Shown piece by piece: positions 1-8,864 of a DNA stretch of 64,000 bases. Origin of the DNA: a virus. The stretch is taken from positions 5,861 through 69,860 of the IMG/VR virus record IMGVR_UViG_3300049218_000083. One strand, 5' to 3'. Below the pieces are notes generated by a model that had not been told where the DNA came from, did no database searches, and was given only the letters and a program-made list of their open reading frames with translations. Every line of letters begins with the position of its first letter. Position 1 is the stretch's first letter. Both the position numbers and the translations under genes were made by a program.

Positions 1-947
1 TCGTTGATCTTCTTCTGAAGCTCAACATTACCATTCATAGCTGTATTTAGCTTTTCGGTAAGTTCAGCGATTTCAGCAGACAAAGATTCAACGACGTTGA
101 CTTGCTCTTCTGGCAGGTCAATGTAGTGCTGTTCGAACAATGCCTTCAAACCACCAAGGAAGTCTTCTACCAACTCAGCCTTAAGGCCAGTCTCGATAGC
201 AAGCTTGTTTTCTTCCTTCCACTCAGCAACCATGCTGGTAAGGTAGTCATCGACTTGAGCTTCAAGCTCAGCTTCGATATCCGCAACTGACTCTTCAGCA
301 GCTTCAAGGATATCTTGTTCCATTTCTTCAACGACCATTACTGCACGAGCAATAACAGCGGTCTCGAAAATGGTTGTAAGCTTGGTACGGAACTCGTCAG
401 AGAATGTTTGGCCAGCAAGGATAGCATCGATGTCTTCCTTGCAAGACTTAGCCTTCATCTTCTCTTTCATCTTCATGACCTTTGCGTTCTTCGCTTCCTG
501 AATTTCTTCAGGAGTCAATTCAATTTCGGTCTCTTCTTGATGAATATGTGGATCCTTTGAAGCACCGTTGTCATCCTGGTTTGGACGAGCAAGTGCGCCA
601 TTGGTTGGCTTTGCGTAAGAACCAGCTTGAGTTCCGTTCAGGTCGTCTGGAGAGACCTTTGCAGAACCAAGAGAAGATCCCTCGGAACCTGGCTGCTCTG
701 GCAGCTTTTCCATTGGAGCTTCATCATTGTCAGGCTTTGCACCTGGCTTTTCAGCTTGCTTACGGTTCGCAGCGGTAATCTTTCCGACTGGAGTTGCTTG
801 TGGGTTGTCATACGTGACACCACCAAGATTCACAGCGCCATCAGAGGCTGGCTGAGAAGGCTCGTGGTGCATTGGTTCTGACGGTGCAGTTGCGCGAGAC
901 TTGTTAAGGACTTCTGCAGCAGCTTCGGCAAGGGTTTTGTGGGACAT
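1..947 (-). CDS. gp22: Prohead core scaffold protein, T4 gp22-like (3' end runs off the window)
   Basis: Not in the ORF track. Manual translation from ATG 947 (MSHKTLAEAAAEVL..., SD GGAG) gives acidic coiled-coil with FSDEFRTKLTTIFETAV...QVDDYL..MVAEWKEENKLAIETGLKAELVEDFLGGLKALFEQHYIDLPEE; follows gp21. Confidence 0.9.
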   Translation of the reverse strand, partial: MSHKTLAEAAAEVLNKSRATAPSEPMHHEPSQPASDGAVNLGGVTYDNPQATPVGKITAANRKQAEKPGAKPDNDEAPMEKLPEQPGSEGSSLGSAKVSPDDLNGTQAGSYAKPTNGALARPNQDDNGASKDPHIHQEETEIELTPEEIQEAKNAKVMKMKEKMKAKSCKEDIDAILAGQTFSDEFRTKLTTIFETAVIARAVMVVEEMEQDILEAAEESVADIEAELEAQVDDYLTSMVAEWKEENKLAIETGLKAELVEDFLGGLKALFEQHYIDLPEEQVNVVESLSAEIAELTEKLNTAMNGNVELQKKIN

Positions 948-974
948 AGTAATTCAACTCCTAATCAGTGATAA

Positions 975-982
975 TATTTAGT
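975..982 (-). promoter_or_regulatory. T4-type late promoter (ACTAAATA)
   Basis: TATAAATA-like octamer 28 nt upstream of gp22 start; same motif precedes many structural genes here. Confidence 0.7.
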
Positions 983-999
983 AGAATCGGGTTCTTGGG

Positions 1000-1641
1000 T
1001 TAGAGCTTGGAGAAGTAATTCTCCATGATCTTAAGTGCGACTTCTTCAAGCTGGGCCTGCTTAGCACCCTTGATTTCCTTGTACATCTCATTCACATCAG
1101 CTTCTACAATGATTCCATTGTTCCAAATCCATTCCCTACCTTCCATCATTCCATTGACGAAAGCATCCGGTGCAGACGGATCAGAAACGACATCACCTGC
1201 TGTAGCAAGGTGATAGTCATCCTGAACCATATTGACTCCGTTCTGTTCCTTCAGAGAGCCCATACCACGAGATGAAACACCGATGGCAACGTTATCGTCG
1301 ATCAGGTTCTTGACGATGTTACCGAATGGAGTTGAAAGCACTTTCGCGCGACCAATCCAGTTGTTACCGTCTTCCTTCAGAGAAAGGATCTTGTGTGACG
1401 CACGATCGTAATTGATGGTTGGTGAAGCTGGGTGACCAAGTTCACCGACTGCTCGGTTGGTGTTGATCATTTCCTTGACATAGCGATTGACTTCGCGCTC
1501 AAGGATAGCTTTCGGATAGACACGCCCATTACGATTCTTTAGTTCAGACTGCAAGAACACACCTTCGATGAAGTAGTTCTTACCTGTAGCAGTCTGCTCA
1601 ACAAGAGTCTTGGATTCTGTGTATTCTACAATCAGTTTCAT
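1000..1641 (-). CDS. gp21: Prohead protease, T4 gp21-like
   Basis: IEGVFLQ..KNRNGRVYP, GELGHP, GVSSRGMGSL, DVVSDPSAPDAFV motifs. Confidence 0.95.
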   Translation of the reverse strand: MKLIVEYTESKTLVEQTATGKNYFIEGVFLQSELKNRNGRVYPKAILEREVNRYVKEMINTNRAVGELGHPASPTINYDRASHKILSLKEDGNNWIGRAKVLSTPFGNIVKNLIDDNVAIGVSSRGMGSLKEQNGVNMVQDDYHLATAGDVVSDPSAPDAFVNGMMEGREWIWNNGIIVEADVNEMYKEIKGAKQAQLEEVALKIMENYFSKL

Positions 1642-1651
1642 TCTTTTCTCT

Positions 1652-2344
1652 TTACTTTATCGCGTATGAGCGATGCTTACCTGCTGGCCATTGCTTCATT
1701 TCGCTGGAGTGTTTAGCAACATGAGTTACAACACCACGCTCACCGCTCTTCATGCTTGGGTGAATACCATGACGCCATTGCGCATTGGATTGTCTGTGGT
1801 GAGTTCCTGGGAACTTGGTTGAACGGTTGCCGTCGTCATGAAGATGAACATGGTCACCTGGCTTCATGTCGTGACCACCAGCGATGACGGAAACGTGTTC
1901 TTTGTCACCATAGGTGCCGTCTTTTCTCTTGCCATAGGTGTGGTGGACAACGCGAGCATATCCAGAACCACCATGACTGTCCCAAGAAGCTGTGTGTTCA
2001 TGCTTCTCTGGTTTTTGTGTGTTAATCTTACCAGCACTAACCAATGGAAGATGGTGTGGGTAGTTTTGATCGTTTTCATTTATGATTGAAATAGATTCAA
2101 AAATTGCTGAATCGTCACCGTCTTCATCAACATTTGGGAAGAAGAATGATTCAGTTTTTGGCTCTTCTGGCTTGTCATGAACTTTGATTTCTGCCCAGTG
2201 GTGAGAACTCTTCTTAACACTGGCACCACCACGGAAATCTTTGACTTTCGCGCCAACAGCAAGTGGCTTGCCAGACTTTTCGTGAACAAGCTTGGTTCGA
2301 CCTTCGCGGTCAGACTCGTTCAAGTACTCTTTGAATACACCCAT
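1652..2344 (-). CDS. His-rich putative internal head protein
   Basis: N-terminus MGVFKEYLNE resembles T4 capsid-targeting sequence MKTYQEFIAE; lies between gp20 and gp21. Confidence 0.55.
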   Translation of the reverse strand: MGVFKEYLNESDREGRTKLVHEKSGKPLAVGAKVKDFRGGASVKKSSHHWAEIKVHDKPEEPKTESFFFPNVDEDGDDSAIFESISIINENDQNYPHHLPLVSAGKINTQKPEKHEHTASWDSHGGSGYARVVHHTYGKRKDGTYGDKEHVSVIAGGHDMKPGDHVHLHDDGNRSTKFPGTHHRQSNAQWRHGIHPSMKSGERGVVTHVAKHSSEMKQWPAGKHRSYAIK

Positions 2345-2345
2345 C

Positions 2346-2624
2346 TTACACCCCCATTGCGTGTCTACGACGCAAACTTCTTTTTCTCTTCAACAATGTT
2401 CGAGCCATCTTTGCTCGACGCTTGAACTTACCCTTTCGTGCTCCACGCTTTCTGTGAAGCTTTTCTTGTGCACTCATGCGCACCAGTCTTCCGCCACGTA
2501 TCGTGAAGCCTTTCACGTTACTGACTTTTACGTTGCGCTGTACCTTACCATTCTTGATCCTAAGACGAATCCTTTTGATACGACCAGCAGTTTTCTCACT
2601 AAGATACTGCTTGAAGGATTTCAT
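2346..2624 (-). CDS. gp68: Prohead core protein, gp68-like, highly basic
   Basis: MKSFKQYLSE start; Arg/Lys-rich end KRKRSLRRRHAMG like T4 gp68 RKRKKALKRRKALG; synteny. Confidence 0.7.
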   Translation of the reverse strand: MKSFKQYLSEKTAGRIKRIRLRIKNGKVQRNVKVSNVKGFTIRGGRLVRMSAQEKLHRKRGARKGKFKRRAKMARTLLKRKRSLRRRHAMGV

Positions 2625-2625
2625 T

Positions 2626-3114
2626 TTATGGATGGAATGTGTTATCGTTGTACTGGGTGTAGACGTTAGCGTATCCGCCGCCAGCGTCGCCTTCCTTGTT
2701 CAACTTAAGGATCAGCGTAAATCCGTCGCCTGGAATAGCACCTTGAATAGTAAGTCCAAGATCACCACCCAAACCGTGATTCAAATTCGCAGTGTTTGCT
2801 GCAAGTGGGTTTGGCATGTACGCTTCAAACACGCTTGAAGTTTTACCACCAACAACAGCCAAGTCACTGTTTCCGCCAGCGCCAGTTCCAACCCATTGAA
2901 GGAGTGCATAGCCATTGGCAAAACCAGCAGCATACTGAATAGAAATACAAGACAACACGCATGGCTTAGAGCTGTTTGCATAAGCGAGAGTGTTTGCCTG
3001 AATGATCTGAGTGTTACTGTTGGTTGCAGCCGTGTAATAGCCAACGATCTTAACAACAGTGCGATCGCCTGTATCGACCAAAATTTGTACTTCAGGGACG
3101 TTAGGTGTTGACAT
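2626..3114 (-). CDS. Hypothetical virion structural protein
   Basis: 162-aa low-charge beta-rich ORF tightly packed in the head operon. Confidence 0.55.
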   Translation of the reverse strand: MSTPNVPEVQILVDTGDRTVVKIVGYYTAATNSNTQIIQANTLAYANSSKPCVLSCISIQYAAGFANGYALLQWVGTGAGGNSDLAVVGGKTSSVFEAYMPNPLAANTANLNHGLGGDLGLTIQGAIPGDGFTLILKLNKEGDAGGGYANVYTQYNDNTFHP

Positions 3115-3123
3115 CGTATCCTC

Positions 3124-4293
3124 TTACTTCAAATGGGTCGACACAAATTTGGCGACCTTGCTCAATCCTGCTGGGCCACTGTTGATAAGAGACTCAATCT
3201 TCTTCTTATTCTGTGGATTTACCTTACTATGTAGCTTCATGATCATTGCTGCTGTAGGATGATCAACCATGCCTGAAGAGCCGTTCTTGTAACGCACCTG
3301 AGCTGGATGACGTGTTTTCGTAATTGCGTGCAGCGTGTGAATCGTTGCTTCATGTACAACATCTTCACCGAGCTCGGCAGCCGCATGCTTGTACTTGGCA
3401 TAATGATGGTTTGCGCGACCTTCGTCACCTTCGATGTGATGGCCGGCAGCTGACTTGAAATGATTTAGAGCTTTCTCACCATAACGCTGACGGACGACTT
3501 TTTCAATGTGACGATGTGGGCGGAATGATGGATCTTTCAGATTGCGCGGACTTTGTAGATGCTTGACGTACATACCGAATAGGTTGTCGGAAGTATCTTC
3601 ATTGACGCCAATCAGTGCCATGTAGTCTTCGTACACGTCATCGATGATGTCATCATTCCAGTCTGATACGTCGTCTCCATTCTCTTCTAGTTCAGAACCG
3701 AGCCAGTTGTAAAGAGCGATGTCCAATTCACCCTTGTTACCTTCGCCAACCAAACGCTTGTATGCCGCCTGTATAACGTCGATCTTGCGCTGACGGGGAA
3801 TATCGTCGAACCCTTCTGTAAGAGTGTCTAGGTTCTCACCGTGCTGCTTGATATGATGCTGAAGCGTCTTGACAGACAGCTGATGCTTGTTAGCAGCCTT
3901 GATGTGTGCAGCTAGATTGCGAGGGTATGCCTTTGGGTCCGCAGCAGTGATGTCAGCCTTTTGCTTCGTTTTGGTCATAGCTTTACGAGTCGTTTCGACA
4001 TCGCGTTCAAGGGTACGACGATCGGTGCGGATCTTCTTCAGTTCCGGACTCATTGCTTCATCAAGTGATTCTGTGAAATTGCCTACAGTGCTCAGCAAAC
4101 GCTTTCCTAATGTTTCTGGGTTGTATGGAATCGCAACCTCAAGATCAAGGTTGTCATTGCGATAGGTTGCGACACGCTGGTTGTTTGGAAACAGACGAAT
4201 CGCCTTTCTACGCATTGTAAGAACTGTAGGTGGATCCTGGAATGCAGGTGACTCCGTCAGTTCTCGAGTTCGTAGTTCTTTCAAAGTTTTCAT
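3124..4293 (-). CDS. Putative internal head polyprotein
   Basis: MKTLKELR..LTE start; repeated hydrophobic-X-E motifs (LTE, LDE, LTE, VNE, VHE) separating modules. Confidence 0.6.
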   Translation of the reverse strand: MKTLKELRTRELTESPAFQDPPTVLTMRRKAIRLFPNNQRVATYRNDNLDLEVAIPYNPETLGKRLLSTVGNFTESLDEAMSPELKKIRTDRRTLERDVETTRKAMTKTKQKADITAADPKAYPRNLAAHIKAANKHQLSVKTLQHHIKQHGENLDTLTEGFDDIPRQRKIDVIQAAYKRLVGEGNKGELDIALYNWLGSELEENGDDVSDWNDDIIDDVYEDYMALIGVNEDTSDNLFGMYVKHLQSPRNLKDPSFRPHRHIEKVVRQRYGEKALNHFKSAAGHHIEGDEGRANHHYAKYKHAAAELGEDVVHEATIHTLHAITKTRHPAQVRYKNGSSGMVDHPTAAMIMKLHSKVNPQNKKKIESLINSGPAGLSKVAKFVSTHLK

Positions 4294-5999
4294 TAGTATG
4301 CTGTGTCCAATGCCTTGGTGGTGTGTGGGTGACCCTTGACCGGACCACCCTCATCAGCCTCTTGTCCCATTTTGTGCAACTCAGCGTGCTTACCAGAGTG
4401 ACTCTTCACCAACTCTTTCTCAGCTTTGTGGTACAAAGCATGGTGCTTGGTGTTCTTGTGAAGGAAGTCAGCAGCATCGTGACGCTGTCCACCACTGTTA
4501 GCAGAAAAGGCTCCATGTAGGACTGAAGTCAAATGCGGGAACTTCTCAGCTGCTTCTGTGATAACTTCTTCCTTGGTCAGTCTGTCGGTTGCTTTTTCGA
4601 TACCGTTGATGCGCTTTACAGCTTTCTTCCAATGAGCGCGAGATGGTGTTCCACGTTCAAGGTTTTGACCAGCAGTATGTGCATGAGCTGCTGCGCCGTT
4701 CAAACCACCAGATGCCTTCTTGATGTAACGGCCAAGCAATCCCTTTGACAATTCATTGACTACAGCTTCATCCTGACGGTGGGACTTGTCCCAATGAGCT
4801 GCATCTGTGTGACGACTTTCGTCTTCTTCACGTTCCTTCTTTTCTTTTGCCAAGCGAGCAACCAATGCTGCGTGGATTCCCCTTGATACAGTTTGACCAG
4901 CACGGAAATACGCACGAGAACCAGCGCGGAATGTTCCACGACGTGCTTCGTCAAGCTCTGTTTCCTCACCAACGTGACCGAAGTTTTGAGCGAAGGTTGC
5001 CATCTTAGCAGCATGACCACCAGCAGCCTTTCCCTTTGCTATGTCAGCAGCGGTAATCGGTGCGTTTGGGTCCTTGTGTAGCCACGCATGGAACGCACCT
5101 TTCTTCACATGAATCGTTGATTCTTCAACCTGTGGAAGAACAGATTCATCACGACGTTGGTTTTTCTCTTTGTCTTTTCGCTTCTGGTTGAAACGTTCAG
5201 CACGCTTGTCCTTGAAGGTTTTCTTGATAGAAGCAGTTTCGTGGTTTGGGTTGTTGCCTGATTCGTTCATTGTATCTTCCTTAATGGAGTGAATAGCACC
5301 CTTACTAAGTGTCGTGTTAAAACTCCCACGACTGTGCTTTCCATATGGCTTCTCACCCTTCACGTGAGCAACGTGGTGATCTTTGAATATGGTGTCATTG
5401 TGAACAGCATATCCATGTCGCGCCGCATCAGCTTTCCAAGCATCTAGATCAGTATGCTTCTTTGTGTGGTGAAGGATTTCGTCAGATGGATCTTCGACAC
5501 CCTCTTTCACAGCATGAACACCTTCACGGTTGGCCCACTGCTTAGCATGAGAATGCGCTTCTTCTTTATCGTCAGTATGATAGTCAGCCTTCTCTTGATG
5601 GACGCCATCTACGAAGTGCTTTACACGGTGTTCTTCCCATTCCTTATCACGGTACACTTTCGCAGTGCGGTTGCCGTTGGTGTGGGTAGCTGTAAGCTTC
5701 AATGCTTCGTCAAGTGTTTCTTCCTTGACGTTGTGGTTTTTCACATGCTGATGATCTTCATAACTAAAGCGATGGTGTTCACCAGTTTTATGATCACGAA
5801 TAACGTAATGATCATTGGCAACGTGGTGAAGATGACCTTCCTTCTTATCACCATGTTCTGGGTGATAGTAGTCCATGGTGCTTACCGCAAATCCGCGTGC
5901 CTTGTCTTTCTTGTTCGCAGCATGGATTCGATGAATCGTTCCCGTATCGAACCCGATATGCTTTGTCGCAAGATCGCGATATGAAGCTTCAGTCAACAT
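4293..5999 (-). CDS. His/Lys-rich putative internal head polyprotein
   Basis: 568 aa; about eight hydrophobic-X-E linkers separate basic His-rich modules. Confidence 0.6.
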   Translation of the reverse strand: MLTEASYRDLATKHIGFDTGTIHRIHAANKKDKARGFAVSTMDYYHPEHGDKKEGHLHHVANDHYVIRDHKTGEHHRFSYEDHQHVKNHNVKEETLDEALKLTATHTNGNRTAKVYRDKEWEEHRVKHFVDGVHQEKADYHTDDKEEAHSHAKQWANREGVHAVKEGVEDPSDEILHHTKKHTDLDAWKADAARHGYAVHNDTIFKDHHVAHVKGEKPYGKHSRGSFNTTLSKGAIHSIKEDTMNESGNNPNHETASIKKTFKDKRAERFNQKRKDKEKNQRRDESVLPQVEESTIHVKKGAFHAWLHKDPNAPITAADIAKGKAAGGHAAKMATFAQNFGHVGEETELDEARRGTFRAGSRAYFRAGQTVSRGIHAALVARLAKEKKEREEDESRHTDAAHWDKSHRQDEAVVNELSKGLLGRYIKKASGGLNGAAAHAHTAGQNLERGTPSRAHWKKAVKRINGIEKATDRLTKEEVITEAAEKFPHLTSVLHGAFSANSGGQRHDAADFLHKNTKHHALYHKAEKELVKSHSGKHAELHKMGQEADEGGPVKGHPHTTKALDTAY

Positions 6000-6017
6000 G
6001 GAGAAGACTCCTGGAAA

Positions 6018-6530
6018 TTAAGACATCTTCCCAAGGTGCTTCACGTCAACACCCTTGCTACCGTGGTGGACTGCAAACTTGTGCATTCCGCCAGATCCAG
6101 CAACATAGTAGTGCATTTCATGCTTGTCAGCATCAATGCCACCATGGTCCTTGCTGATATGGTAATGTGGAGTGTGGAACTGCTGGAAAGTACCACGAGT
6201 GCTTACTGGCTCATGTTGGCCGGTTGCAGCAGCGTGAACAGCGTGTGCCATATGCTCAACAGAGCCTGGAGTGATGACCTTTTCGTCAACGACTTCAGTG
6301 TCTTCTACGACCTTCTTTCCTGGCATCGTTGGCTTACCCTTGATCTTTGGTCTCCAAGAGATATGAGGAAGCTTTGGGTCATGAATACCACCAGCCTCGT
6401 TGATAAGAGTTGAAGCGACTTCGATCTTGGTCTCAGCAAGGATAGCATCTACCTTTGCTTCGACAGCTTCGTTGAACTTCTGCTTGAAGCCGATAGCATC
6501 TTTGTTTTGAGCGGATTGTACTAGTGACAT
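6018..6530 (-). CDS. gp67: Prohead core protein gp67-like with His-rich C-terminal extension
   Basis: First ~45 aa (LVQSAQNKDAIGFKQKFNEAVEAKVDAILAETKIEVASTLINE) match the gp67 pattern; immediately after gp20. Confidence 0.65.
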   Translation of the reverse strand: MSLVQSAQNKDAIGFKQKFNEAVEAKVDAILAETKIEVASTLINEAGGIHDPKLPHISWRPKIKGKPTMPGKKVVEDTEVVDEKVITPGSVEHMAHAVHAAATGQHEPVSTRGTFQQFHTPHYHISKDHGGIDADKHEMHYYVAGSGGMHKFAVHHGSKGVDVKHLGKMS

Positions 6531-6563
6531 TGTGATTCTCTCGTGGGAACGGGACTTACCTGT

Positions 6564-6571
6564 TATTTAGT
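6564..6571 (-). promoter_or_regulatory. Late promoter (ACTAAATA)
   Basis: Intergenic, upstream of gp67-like gene. Confidence 0.7.
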
Positions 6572-6583
6572 GTTATCAGGATC

Positions 6584-8218
6584 TTAGACAAGCTGATTCA
6601 TTACTCGCTTGTTGAGCTCGCCAGCCTGATCCGTTGGTTGTTGCTCACCTGGCTTGACTGGACCTGGAGGAGGTGGTGGACCTGGAGGAGCAGCAGAACC
6701 AGCCAATGGGCCAGCTTCCTTCTCAATGTCCTTCGCTTCCTTCTTCATTTGCTTCTCTTCCTTGGCGATTTCAGCTTCGTCCATCATCAGGATGTTTTCC
6801 TTGACCCAACGCTCGCTGTAGAAACGACCAATGAAAGGCTCGACCAATGTCAGCGTGTTCATGCGGTTCGTAATCAACTCGGCTTCCTTCAACTCGGTGA
6901 AGTTGTTGTCCTTCACGAAGCGATAGGTGACATCCTGACGCATCTCAGCCCATTCATCGAGGGTACAGATGCCTTTCAATGTCAACTGACGCTGAAGCAA
7001 TTCATCGAACAGCATTGAGAAGCGATTACGAAGTTTCTGAACGAATTTGTCGAACTTGATTTCGTCACGAGTGATTTCAGCTGGACGACCAAGGTTGAAA
7101 CCAGAATTTGTTTCAAGACGTGAAATAGGAACGCACAATGCGCGGTAAAGCTTCTTCTCGAAGTACAATACGGCATCCATGTTGTCAAATCCCTGACCTG
7201 ATGGCAGCGTGGTAATTTCGGTTGACTTGTCTGGGGTTGAACGAGGCATCCAGAAGTCTTCAAGCATAGAGAAATGTTTTCTGTCGTCTCGAATTTCACC
7301 AGTTCCAGCATCATATACAAGCTTGTTGCGGTACTTGGTCATAATGTCTTTCAAGTACTGTTCAGCCTTTGCTTTTGGCAAACCACCAGTACCGACGTAA
7401 AATACACGACGCTCAGGAGCGCGAGAAACCTTGTAGATGACAGTTGCGTCTTCGATGAAGCGCAGCTGGTTCATTGGACGGATAGCTTTGTGCAGATAAC
7501 TCAACACGGTTGACTTGGCTGGGTCGAACAGTCCTGAAGTCAAGTGAATCACGGAGTCTTGAGACAGTTTCACACCACCAGCAAAGTTGCCGATGATCTG
7601 TGGTGACTGAATGCTGTTGTTTACGATCTTCTCATTGTAGAGATAGAACACTTCGATTTTTGTGATTACATCAATTCCATCAGAATTCTTCTGCTTTGTG
7701 ATGTTACGGATTTTGCGAATACGACGTGGATCAATGAACGTCAGCTGTTGGATACCGTCGCGTGGATTTTCAGGATCGATGACAACGTTCCAGTATGCAC
7801 GACCGTCGACATACCAACGACGGAAAATATCAGGACCATATTTGTTGAAGTCAAGAAGCTTGAGAACGTTCTTGAACTCGTCACGAATCATTGTCTTGAT
7901 TTCATCTTCCTGATCAAGGTCATCGAGGTTGATTTCAACGCTCTTGCCATGATCGTCGTGGACGATAGCTTCGTTGATGATGTCATCGATAGCGTTTTCC
8001 ATTTCTGGTTGCATCGCCATCGTGCGATACTTTGATAGGAGGTCGACTTCGGAACGGTATGTGCCATCAAGGTCAACGTACACCCCATAATGGGCTCCTG
8101 AATTGATGTTTATAGCACCATCTTCAAGACTTGGTGATACTACACTTTCCGGAACTTCCTTCTCAGTGTCTTGGCGTTTTATTTCGAACCCGAAGAGCTT
8201 AATAGAATTTTGTGCCAT
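6584..8218 (-). CDS. gp20: Portal vertex protein, T4 gp20-like
   Basis: IFRRWYVDGR, SYLHKAI.P.NQLR..EDA.VIY..SRAPERRVFY, MLEDFW.PR, EITRDE.KF motifs. Confidence 0.97.
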   Translation of the reverse strand: MAQNSIKLFGFEIKRQDTEKEVPESVVSPSLEDGAININSGAHYGVYVDLDGTYRSEVDLLSKYRTMAMQPEMENAIDDIINEAIVHDDHGKSVEINLDDLDQEDEIKTMIRDEFKNVLKLLDFNKYGPDIFRRWYVDGRAYWNVVIDPENPRDGIQQLTFIDPRRIRKIRNITKQKNSDGIDVITKIEVFYLYNEKIVNNSIQSPQIIGNFAGGVKLSQDSVIHLTSGLFDPAKSTVLSYLHKAIRPMNQLRFIEDATVIYKVSRAPERRVFYVGTGGLPKAKAEQYLKDIMTKYRNKLVYDAGTGEIRDDRKHFSMLEDFWMPRSTPDKSTEITTLPSGQGFDNMDAVLYFEKKLYRALCVPISRLETNSGFNLGRPAEITRDEIKFDKFVQKLRNRFSMLFDELLQRQLTLKGICTLDEWAEMRQDVTYRFVKDNNFTELKEAELITNRMNTLTLVEPFIGRFYSERWVKENILMMDEAEIAKEEKQMKKEAKDIEKEAGPLAGSAAPPGPPPPPGPVKPGEQQPTDQAGELNKRVMNQLV

Positions 8219-8739
8219 TACAATCTACTCCACCCATCAGTGCCAAGTAGGCTACGGATTCGGCTATATGTTTTATCGACCAAATTTCTGCCTCTCTTGT
8301 TTGCTCTTACTGGAATCTTACCAGCCAAAGCTTCGGCAGCTTCACTTACGGAACCAAATGTTCCATACGGAGTATTTATTGCGCAAGCATTGTTGTTGAT
8401 TCCACCTGTCTGGTTGACGTGTGGACGCTTGCCGCGCATTGCTTGTTTGTGTGCTTCAGTTTTCGGCTTGGACAGCTTAGCAATCGTCTCAAGAGTATGT
8501 TTCATACCCAAGCGATATTTGTGTCCTTTGTTTGCTTTGGATACAGCGATCCTTGCTGCCTCTTCATGAGTGATCAACCCAGCGAGTCCTTTCCAGGCAA
8601 TTTCATCCTGCCACATACCATGTTGCTCAAACAAAACACGATGAGCTTCAGCGTGCTGTTCTACCGTTAAATCGACGATATTAGATGGGTCATTTGACCC
8701 ACCCATATGCTTCGGAATTACATGGTGTTTATGCATCAC
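8218..8739 (-). CDS. Free-standing HNH homing endonuclease with NUMOD3-like motifs
   Basis: HKHHVIPKHMGGSNDPSNIVDLTVEQHAEAH HNH core; GMKHTLETIAKLS NUMOD3-like; inserted between gp19 and gp20. Confidence 0.85.
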   Translation of the reverse strand: MMHKHHVIPKHMGGSNDPSNIVDLTVEQHAEAHRVLFEQHGMWQDEIAWKGLAGLITHEEAARIAVSKANKGHKYRLGMKHTLETIAKLSKPKTEAHKQAMRGKRPHVNQTGGINNNACAINTPYGTFGSVSEAAEALAGKIPVRANKRGRNLVDKTYSRIRSLLGTDGWSRL

Positions 8740-8744
8740 AAAGT

Positions 8745-8752
8745 CCTAAATA
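8745..8752 (+). promoter_or_regulatory. Late promoter (CCTAAATA) on the plus strand upstream of tRNA
   Basis: Same octamer as upstream of gp18; 10 nt before the tRNA 5' end. Confidence 0.55.
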
Positions 8753-8762
8753 TGAGGTTAAT

Positions 8763-8851
8763 GCGCCTGTAGCTCAGGGGAGACCCTCAGAAAGTCACAG
8801 AGCAATTGCCTGATAAGCAATAGGTCGTTGGTTCGACTCCAACCAGGCGCG
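8763..8851 (+). tRNA. tRNA-Ile(GAT) with expanded D-loop, CCA not encoded
   Basis: Acceptor GCGCCTG/CAGGCGC, D-stem GCTC/GAGC, anticodon arm ATTGC-CTGATAA-GCAAT, variable AGGTC, T arm GTTGG-TTCGACT-CCAAC. Confidence 0.85.
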
Positions 8852-8864
8852 CACCTCAGTTCAA

